In this document: positions 11,020 to 18,396 of the stretch, piece after piece | Layout: each line of letters starts with the position of its first letter | Position numbering within the stretch: position 1 is the first letter of the stretch | NCBI GenBank assembly: GCA_052426225.1 | Contig: JBNJNM010000015.1 | Location: 1,860,001 to 1,924,000 of the forward strand | Reading direction: 5' to 3' | Source: Zancudomyces culisetae HAW-14-8 | Taxonomy: Eukaryota > Fungi > Kickxellomycota | DNA length: 64,000 nt | Position numbers and translations under genes: made by a program | Notes under the pieces: model-generated | The model's database searches: none | Seen by the model: only the letters and a program-made list of their open reading frames with translations | Told to the model about the DNA's origin: nothing

Positions 11020-11140
11020 TGTCAGAATCGCATTATTTACCCATAAGTTTTAATATTTATTTTTAATCATATTTAACTACCTTTGAATCCTAACTTGGGA
11101 ACATTAAGTTTCCCAACTTAAATAAATTAGTTTCCTGACA
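11020..11140 (+). repeat. 5' LTR, family A (121 bp)
   Basis: TGTCAG..CTGACA termini; AATAAA at ~11121. Confidence 0.96.
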
Positions 11141-11142
11141 TT

Positions 11143-11153
11143 TTGGGAAACTT
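11143..11153 (+). promoter_or_regulatory. Tf1-type self-priming primer binding site
   Basis: TTGGGAAACTT is the exact reverse complement of LTR 11106-11116. No TGG-initiated tRNA PBS directly after the LTR. Confidence 0.8.
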
Positions 11154-11160
11154 CTAATTA

Positions 11161-12129
11161 TTGGTTGAAGAGTTAATGATGGTCCACCAATTAGATGAGA
11201 TCGCAAAATTAGCTATGCAACAAGCTTTGCAAGAAAGTCAAGCTCAAGCCCAGGCTCAAGCCCAGACACCCGCCCAAGTCCCCAGTCAGTTGCAGAATTT
11301 GCCTGCACCAAATCCGCAGCCAAGGATTGATGGTATCAGAATACCAGAAATCCAGAAATACTCAGGAGAATCAGGAAGGTTCCGAGCCTTCACCGCCGAG
11401 ATCAAGCGCCAGTTCTGGGCCAGACCAGACGTGTTCCAGAGTGACCATAACAAGATATGGTTCATCAGTTCTCACCTTGCCGGTCATGCTGCCCTGTGGT
11501 TCGATAACCTTATCGATACCCAATCACCGTTGCTCTCAGATTTCAAAGGGTTTGAGAATGAATTTCAAAAGAGATTCTCAGATCCTGGCCACCAAGCCCG
11601 AGCTATCACCCAGCTTCATAGTTGCCGCCAGTCCCAGCGTTCCGTCCTGGAATTTGCAACCGAGTTCAGAAACCTCGCCTCTCTCAGTGGATTCAACGAG
11701 CCAGCCAAAATCCACCTGTTTTACATCGGATTGGATACTAGCCTTGTCCAGCGCCTTGCCACTGAACCGCTACCAAACACCTTGGACCAGCTCATTGATC
11801 AGGTGATTGAGCTTGAGAACAGAATCAATGCCCGCAGTGCCTACCTGCCCAAGAGAAGCGTCCCATTCCGCAACTGGAGTACTCCGGCTCCACCGGTCTT
11901 CCCCCGTCCAGCCATGCCTGTCCCAGATCACCAGGCTCCTGAACCAATGGACGTTGATGCCGTCACCTCCCGTCCAAGAGCACCGCTAGATACAGCCGAA
12001 CGCCAGAGAAGATTAGCCAATAATCTTTGTCTATACTGTGGTCAGCCGAACCACATTCTCCGTAACTGTCCGCTCCGCAGGCCAAGACCCCCTATACCTG
12101 GGGTGCCAAAAGACAGTGCTCAGATGTAG
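11161..12129 (+). CDS. gag: Gag, family A (likely ATG at 11176)
   Basis: Capsid motifs (KYSGE, SVLEFATEFRNL), PEPMDVD, CLYCGQPNHILRNC. Confidence 0.93.
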   Translation: MVEELMMVHQLDEIAKLAMQQALQESQAQAQAQAQTPAQVPSQLQNLPAPNPQPRIDGIRIPEIQKYSGESGRFRAFTAEIKRQFWARPDVFQSDHNKIWFISSHLAGHAALWFDNLIDTQSPLLSDFKGFENEFQKRFSDPGHQARAITQLHSCRQSQRSVLEFATEFRNLASLSGFNEPAKIHLFYIGLDTSLVQRLATEPLPNTLDQLIDQVIELENRINARSAYLPKRSVPFRNWSTPAPPVFPRPAMPVPDHQAPEPMDVDAVTSRPRAPLDTAERQRRLANNLCLYCGQPNHILRNCPLRRPRPPIPGVPKDSAQM

Positions 12130-15100
12130 TCCGGGAGTTACTCCTGAGCGTAGCTAATAATTCTAATATTTCTAGTAATAAATTTCATATTAAAGTTGTT
12201 TTAAATAATCTATACGAACTTGTTGCATTAGTGGACTCCGGTGCTTCAGCCAACTTTATTCGTCAAGATTTATTAGAAAAACTAAACCTCCCAACCAAAG
12301 AAGCTGAAAAAACCATCGTCCTAGAAAGTGTTGATGGTCACCAGATATACCCAGGGGGCATAAATGTCAAGGTTGATAATGCCCATATCAAGTCCGGTCC
12401 TAACCACTCTGAACACCTAGACCTTATCCCGATTCCAACCAATCACGCTGACATTATTTTTGGATTACCCTGGTTACGCAAACACAATCCTAGTATAACT
12501 TGGCCAGACCTCCAGATCCACTTCGACTCTGACTTTTGCAGTACAAATTGTGTTGATACCCACTCCATCCAGGCCGTGTTCAAGTCACCTGATGAACCAG
12601 ATCCAGATCCAGTAGAACAAAATATTAGCCAGAATACGTCCACAAACTCAACTATCCTCCAAAGGGTGTTGAATAGATTATCAACTACCCTGCTTCCACA
12701 CAGTGCCAAGTTGCTCGAATCGGTCAAGTTGGACGATTCAAACACTGAAAATCAAAGATTTTCACCGCCTCCGTCTCCTGATCTCCCCAGCCCAGCTCCG
12801 TCAAATCCATACGCCAGAATTGAAGAGATTCTACCTGTACCTGTTCCTGCACCAGTCCAATCAGTCACTCCAGAACCTGAAACCCAAAGTTTGCCCAAAC
12901 CCGCAGCTATTGAGAACCCAGTAGATAACCATGTTGTCAAGCAAATTCCTGATCCCCGTCGTTCAGTAACCCCTGTGCCAAAAGTACCACTCAGACCTGA
13001 ACTTCCCAAAGCAATCCTGAAGAAAATTGAGCCAAGAGAACCAGTCGTCAGATGTCGGCCATTTCATAAAAATACCCCAGTCACCACCCCCGAGCCAGAA
13101 TATTCCTTGGATCCAGATCCTGTAACTTTTGCCGTTTCTGAGTCCCCACTAGAGTACTTGGAAGAATTTCCGCAACTTCCAGTAATATACTCTGAATTCA
13201 AGGAAGTGTTCAATCCCAAGTCTGCCGTTTCACTTCCTCCTCACCGCCGTTATGACTGTCCTGTCAACACCAAAGAGGGTTACACCCCATACTGGGGGCC
13301 AATATACCCGCTATCGGAAGTAGAGTTAGAGTCTCTAAGAGGTTACATCCGCGAAAACCTCACCAATGGCTTCATCAGACGCTCTGTCTCCCCTGCTGGT
13401 GCACCAATCATGTTTGTAAAGAAGAAGTCTGGTGACTTGCGCCTTTGTGTTGACTACCGCCGATTGAACGAAGCTACCATCAAGAATAGGTACCCATTAC
13501 CTAGGATTGATGAGGCGTTCGATCGGCTGCGTACAGCCAAGGTCTTTACAAAATTGGATCTCAAAGGTGCCTACAACTTAGTGCGGATCAAGGAAGGTGA
13601 CGAGTGGAAAACTGCATTTAGGTGCAGATATGGCCACTTTGAGTACCAGGTCATGCCATTTGGCTTGACAAATGCTCCCGCCACCTTTCAGCACTTTATC
13701 AATGATGTGTTACGAGATGTATTGGATCTCTATGCAATTGCATACCTTGACGACATCTTGATATTTTCCAATGACACTGACACTCACATCAATCATGTGA
13801 AATCTGTTCTGAAAAAGCTGCTTGAAAATGGTCTGTACTGTAACGCCGAAAAATGTCACTTCCATATCAGGGAAGTTGAATTTCTAGGCCATGTTGTGTC
13901 TTCAGATGGAATAGCCACCGATCCTGCTAAAGTCAAGTGTGTAAAAGAATGGCTACCACCCACCAATGTTAAGGAGGTCCAGAAGTTTCTCGGTTTTGCC
14001 AATTACTACCGAAAGTTTATCCCATACTTTTCGCTGAAAGCCCTGCCAATCACAAGACTTCTGAAAAAGGATACACCGTTCGTTTGGAGTAAGGAGGCAG
14101 GTGAAGCCTTTAATACTCTTATCCAGGATCTCACCACTTCCCCCGTTCTCAGATACCCTGACCCAGGAAAACAGTTTATTCTGGAAACTGACGCCTCAGA
14201 CTACGCCATTGGGGCTGCTCTGTCCCAAGAAGATGAAAACGGTGATCTCCGTCCTTGTGCCTACTATTCTTACAAACTCAACACTGCCGAATCCAACTAT
14301 AATATCTATGACAAGGAACTCTTGGCAATCATCAAGGCTCTCAAAGAATGGCGACATCATCTGGAAGGCTCCTCCATCCCGTTCAAGATTCTTACTGACC
14401 ATAAGAATCTGGAGACCTTTAAAAATCTGAAGTCACTCAACAGAAGACACGCAAGGTGGTCTCTTGATCTCAGTAGATTCAGCTTCATCATAACCTACAG
14501 GCCTGGATCTCAAGGAGGCAAACCTGACGCTCTTTCTCGTTTGCCCAATCACACACCTGATAAGGTCGCCAACAACAACATCATAGGCGAGGACCACTTC
14601 TTAGACATTATCAGCATAGTGGACAGTGATTTTGCTCAAGAAATCGCCAAATCCAGCAAAGCCCATCTAGAAGGATTATTGGATGCCGCAAGATACCAGA
14701 GCAGCCATAAGTCTAACGAGCCAGTAGAAGTTGAAGATGGAATTGTAATGCTTGGAAACCGTGTTGTCGTCCCCGACAAAATGAAGCCGCAAGTTGTAAG
14801 TTCTAGACATGACAGTGGCCCAGCCGGCCATTTTGGCGCTAAGAAGACATTGGAGCTCGTGGAACGAGACTTTTGGTTTCCAGGAATGCGCAAATTTATT
14901 AAAGAGTTTGTTCAAACCTGTGATACATGCAATAGATCAAAGGACAGAAGACACAAAGTTTACGGTAAACTACTTCCGCTACCCGCTCCCTCAGGCCCAT
15001 GGAAATCTATCACCATGGATTTCATAACTGATCTTCCTCCATCCAACAAGCACACTACTATTATGGTAGTTGTAGACAGGTTCACTAAAATGAGCCATTT

Positions 15101-16058
15101 CATCCCGCTTAAGAAGCTGCCATCCTCAGAAGAAACTGCCTCCGCCTTCTTTACCCACGTATTCAAGCTTCATGGACTACCAGACGTCATAATCTCTGAC
15201 CGTGGAACCCAATTCTCGTCCAAATTTTGGAGTTCACTATTCAAACTGCTCAAAGTTGATACTAGAATGTCTACAGCCTTCCATCCAGAGACAGACGGTC
15301 AAACGGAGCGGGTGAATCAAACATTGGAACAGTATCTACGCTGTTTCATCAACTATCAGCAAGATAATTGGTTTGAACTGCTCCCAATTGCCGAATTTGC
15401 TTATAACAACACTCTCCACTCCAGCACTAATACTTCTCCTTTCTTTGCTCTATATGGTTACCATCCAAGATTTGATCCTCAAATCACTAAAAACGTTCAC
15501 GTCCCCAGCGCTTCTGATAGGATAAAACAACTCAAAGAACTTCAATCAGCCCTCACTTCCATACTTAACAAGAAATCTCAGGAATATAAAAAGTATGCTG
15601 ATGTAAACCGATCTGAACATCCAAAGTATAAACTAGGTGACAAGGTTTGGCTATCCAGCCAAAATATCAAAACTCAAAGGCCTTCTAAAAAGCTTGACCA
15701 CAGACTTCTAGGCCCTTTCACCATCTCTAAAATTATCAATCCTGTTTCTGTCCGTTTAGACCTCCCGCCAACAATGAAAATCCATAACACTTTTCATGTC
15801 TCGTTATTGGAACCGTATATCGAACCCAGCAGTAACCGCAGATTATTAAACAGTCTTCCTCCACCTCTAATTATAAATGGAAATAAAGAATATGAAGTTA
15901 AGGCTATTTTGGATTCTAAGCTTGTTAGGGGTAAAAAATATTACTTGGTTGATTGGAAAGGCTTTGACATAAGTGAAAGAAGCTGGGAGCCGATTGCAAA
16001 CATAAACGCGCCTCAACTATTGAAAAAATACTATAAGACATATCACAACAAACCATAA
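12108..16058 (+). CDS. pol: Pol (PR-RT-RH-IN-chromodomain), probably via -1 frameshift
   Basis: The -1 frame is open from at least 12108. LVDSGA, AYLDD, ETDASD, H..H..CDTC, SDRG, DGQTER, and a chromodomain YEV..YLVDWKGF..SWEP. Confidence 0.95.
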   Translation, partial: KRQCSDVVRELLLSVANNSNISSNKFHIKVVLNNLYELVALVDSGASANFIRQDLLEKLNLPTKEAEKTIVLESVDGHQIYPGGINVKVDNAHIKSGPNHSEHLDLIPIPTNHADIIFGLPWLRKHNPSITWPDLQIHFDSDFCSTNCVDTHSIQAVFKSPDEPDPDPVEQNISQNTSTNSTILQRVLNRLSTTLLPHSAKLLESVKLDDSNTENQRFSPPPSPDLPSPAPSNPYARIEEILPVPVPAPVQSVTPEPETQSLPKPAAIENPVDNHVVKQIPDPRRSVTPVPKVPLRPELPKAILKKIEPREPVVRCRPFHKNTPVTTPEPEYSLDPDPVTFAVSESPLEYLEEFPQLPVIYSEFKEVFNPKSAVSLPPHRRYDCPVNTKEGYTPYWGPIYPLSEVELESLRGYIRENLTNGFIRRSVSPAGAPIMFVKKKSGDLRLCVDYRRLNEATIKNRYPLPRIDEAFDRLRTAKVFTKLDLKGAYNLVRIKEGDEWKTAFRCRYGHFEYQVMPFGLTNAPATFQHFINDVLRDVLDLYAIAYLDDILIFSNDTDTHINHVKSVLKKLLENGLYCNAEKCHFHIREVEFLGHVVSSDGIATDPAKVKCVKEWLPPTNVKEVQKFLGFANYYRKFIPYFSLKALPITRLLKKDTPFVWSKEAGEAFNTLIQDLTTSPVLRYPDPGKQFILETDASDYAIGAALSQEDENGDLRPCAYYSYKLNTAESNYNIYDKELLAIIKALKEWRHHLEGSSIPFKILTDHKNLETFKNLKSLNRRHARWSLDLSRFSFIITYRPGSQGGKPDALSRLPNHTPDKVANNNIIGEDHFLDIISIVDSDFAQEIAKSSKAHLEGLLDAARYQSSHKSNEPVEVEDGIVMLGNRVVVPDKMKPQVVSSRHDSGPAGHFGAKKTLELVERDFWFPGMRKFIKEFVQTCDTCNRSKDRRHKVYGKLLPLPAPSGPWKSITMDFITDLPPSNKHTTIMVVVDRFTKMSHFIPLKKLPSSEETASAFFTHVFKLHGLPDVIISDRGTQFSSKFWSSLFKLLKVDTRMSTAFHPETDGQTERVNQTLEQYLRCFINYQQDNWFELLPIAEFAYNNTLHSSTNTSPFFALYGYHPRFDPQITKNVHVPSASDRIKQLKELQSALTSILNKKSQEYKKYADVNRSEHPKYKLGDKVWLSSQNIKTQRPSKKLDHRLLGPFTISKIINPVSVRLDLPPTMKIHNTFHVSLLEPYIEPSSNRRLLNSLPPPLIINGNKEYEVKAILDSKLVRGKKYYLVDWKGFDISERSWEPIANINAPQLLKKYYKTYHNKP

Positions 16059-16198
16059 GAGCAACATTATATTATATTAATTAACCAATATTATACCTAA
16101 ATACTTATCAAAAAAAACTATAAAAACAACCTAAAAACAACTAAAAAGCATAAAAAATTATAAAAGAAAAAATAAAAAAGAATGAACTTAGGAGGGCG

Positions 16199-16365
16199 CT
16201 AACGTCTTGGGCCACACAATCACGTGATTCGAATTAACTGCTCGAGATCCCGAAGGAGTTATCGGAGAGGTGAAACGGTCCGGTACTAGTCCCGAAGGAC
16301 GTTATCGCGCACATTGGCCCCGTGAAACATCACATCCACTCTACAGCTAATTACTTCCCAATTAC
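16199..16365 (-). ncRNA. Unassigned structured RNA module (antisense in the family A 3' UTR)
   Basis: Nested stems, two cUUCGg hairpins, and homology with covariation to 27567-27728. Confidence 0.6.
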
Positions 16366-16440
16366 GGTCTTACAGCGAAGGATCGAACCAGGGTCCTGCA
16401 GAATACAAGTTCGACGCCTTAGCCACTCGACTATAAGCTC
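16365..16440 (-). promoter_or_regulatory. Degenerate tRNA-derived head (Pol III A and B boxes)
   Basis: A box TAGTCGAGTGG, D-arm GTC-GAGTGGCTAA-GGC, B box GGTTCGATCC, partial acceptor stem CTTAT/GTAAG. T-stem and anticodon arm are irregular. Confidence 0.7.
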
Positions 16441-16499
16441 ACATTTTTGTCCAAGATATTATTTTTATATATTTAAAATATTCTTTGAAGGGGGGATAA

Positions 16500-16620
16500 T
16501 GTCAGAATCGCATTATTTACCCATAAGTTTTAATATTTATTTTTAATCATATTTAACTACCTTTGAATCCTAACTTGGGAACATTAAGTTTCCCAACTTA
16601 AATAAATTAGTTTCCTGACA
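16500..16620 (+). repeat. 3' LTR, family A
   Basis: Identical to 11020-11140. Confidence 0.96.
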
Positions 16621-17047
16621 CCTCCAATAACTAAAGGCACACCAGAAATTTTTCCTCTACTAATATGGCGTTTGCCATCCGCTGTGACTATAATCTGATT
16701 ATCATCTGGCTCAGGTATTAATCCCCAACTCTTCACTAAATCTGGAGTTGCCACTGAGCAGACAGCTCCCGTATCAACTATTGCTGTTGTTTCCATATCA
16801 AAAATAACTACTTGAATTTTGCTGTTGGACTGTTTTGGTGTCTCCATACGTATCTCATTTATTTCCGACTTTTTTACCTTTTTATTAAGCATTGTCAGCT
16901 CATTAGACAACTTAGGCGAAGCTTCCAAAAGCTGTGGTAGAGATATCTGTGGGTAAAAAGTTGCCAACTGTTCACTCAATGAAAACGGTTTGACCCTCTC
17001 AGCCATTTTTAAATATGTGGGAACCTTGGTAATTTGCTTTTTCTGAT

Positions 17048-17920
17048 CTATGCTATTAGTTTCTCCTGCATTTCAACATCAACCTTAACTTCAGCTGTAC
17101 CCATAGTGTTCTCCTTGCTTGTGCTTACCTTCCTTATGTATGGTTTATTAGCGATATCTGGACCTTTACGCCGCTGTACTGCTAATACTTCATTTTCCTG
17201 TTTCAACTGTAACTCTGTCTCCAATAAGTTAACATCCCTAGTCTGATTTACTATTCTGGAATGATTTGATTCCATATTTTGGAGACATTCGTGTCTCTTA
17301 TGGCCTATCTTCTGGCAGTTGAAGCATCTTACCTGTCTTGGTGGGTACCGAGGTCTTGATTTATTATCATATTGTACCAATCTCAATCTTCTTTCGACTG
17401 CTTCATCTACCTTGGTTAGAATGTTCACACTCCATTCTTCCATTTTATGCAACATTTCTTGATAGTTAATATCACTACTACTATTACCACTTTCATTTCT
17501 AGTCAATACTTGATCCCTATTATCCTTAGTATAATTTGTCGCTCTGCTTAAACTTTGCTGATTGTCCATGAGGTTATGTTTCTCTGCCTCTGCTAACATA
17601 TTAACTAAATCATCCCATAATGTAATTTTGCGTTCCCTGATTTTAACTTTAACTTCTGGTTTTAACGAACTGACTAACCAGTTGAACTTGGCCTGATTCT
17701 CCTCAATTCCCGCGTTACTAAGAGCTTCTTCTAAGGCATATTCCAACTCCTCTACTGAGTTGTAATTTTCCTGTCTAATTGCCTTGAGTTTATCATAACT
17801 CATGTATCCTTGCTCTTCAGAAACGAATTTATCTTTAAACTCCACTGTGAATGTTGTCCAATCAGTAAACTTGCCTATGTTTTTCTTGTACCATATCAAT
17901 TCCTTCCTACCTAGCTTCAA
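17048..17920 (-). pseudogene. gag: Gag remnant with CCHC knuckle
   Basis: DWTTFTVEFKDKF, CFNCQKIGHKRHEC. Bounded by premature stops. Confidence 0.8.
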
Positions 17921-18059
17921 CTATACTAGGTCAATCCAATCATCTTGGTCCCATTTATTTAATTTAGCCACTAGTCTAAACTGATTAAGCCACTCGTGTG
18001 GTTTATCTCATTTGCAACTTCAAATCGAGGAATATTATCCATTATTTAAATCTTCTGGG

Positions 18060-18076
18060 TCCTGGCTGGATCACCA
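18060..18076 (-). promoter_or_regulatory. tRNA PBS (Arg-like), TGGTGATCCAGCCAGGA
   Basis: Lies 1 nt from the LTR end. Complementary to a tRNA 3' end TCCTGGCTGGATCA-CCA, which resembles eukaryotic tRNA-Arg(ACG). The same PBS occurs at 18786-18802 (+) and, degenerate, at 30195-30211. Confidence 0.75.
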
Positions 18077-18077
18077 C

Positions 18078-18394
18078 TGTTAAAATAGATTATTGTAATA
18101 TATTTTTCTCTACTTATTTATTATAACTATACTATATTTGTTTTAACAATATAAACTGTATGCTTAATATTATTCTGATAGTTTGAGAAAAGAGTTGTTT
18201 ATATTTTTCTTGTTGTGGGAGGTCCTATTGACCCCTAAAATAGTTCATACGAGTCTGAAATAAATTATACCTATAAAATAACATCGGACAAAAACCACGA
18301 GGGGAAAAAGGTCCAATCTAAAAATATTGCTAATTATATAATCCTAAACTAATAACTAATAATTAAATTTCTTCGTTCATATTATTATATGACA
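18078..18394 (-). repeat. 5' LTR of the 10180-18394 element
   Basis: TGTTAA..ATGACA termini adjacent to the PBS; homologous to 5342-5671. Confidence 0.7.
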
Positions 18395-18396
18395 TT

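Larger units (their letters stand above)
11020..16620 (+). mobile_element. Intact chromovirus LTR retrotransposon family A, copy 1
   Basis: Identical 121-bp LTRs at 11020-11140 and 16500-16620. Perfect TSD CCTCC (11015-11019, 16621-16625). PPT GAAGGGGGGATAA at 16487-16499. Open gag and pol. Confidence 0.97.
10180..18394 (-). mobile_element. Decayed Gypsy element (tRNA-Arg-like PBS) interrupted by the family A insertion
   Basis: LTR 18078-18394, PBS 18060-18076, gag 17048-~18040. The protease (IVDTGA..VPLVIGG|GLEFPTD) is split at the TSD CCTCC. RT 10180-10713 is truncated at VVFI. Confidence 0.85.

Noticed and set aside
11327-11806. 159-aa overlapping ORF in gag and the many antisense ORFs across pol
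   Set aside because: These are shadow frames of GC-richer coding sequence. Their conservation reflects near-identity of the two copies.
16199-16365. Assigning the module to hammerhead, twister, HDV, hatchet, lariat-capping ribozyme, SRP or group II intron
   Set aside because: Only short chance-level resemblances (GTGCG, TTGGGAAGTA/CCCAAGAC, TGTGGGGCT). The catalytic core motifs I recall are absent, so this needs an Rfam search.
16365-16440. Functional tRNA gene
   Set aside because: The T-stem does not pair, the anticodon loop is irregular and the acceptor stem is partial. Kept only as a tRNA-derived promoter.
16322-16546. 74-aa ORF (and the 39462-39713 copy) as an extra or env-like gene
   Set aside because: GTG start, overlaps the tRNA-like head, PPT and LTR, and the stop differs between copies.
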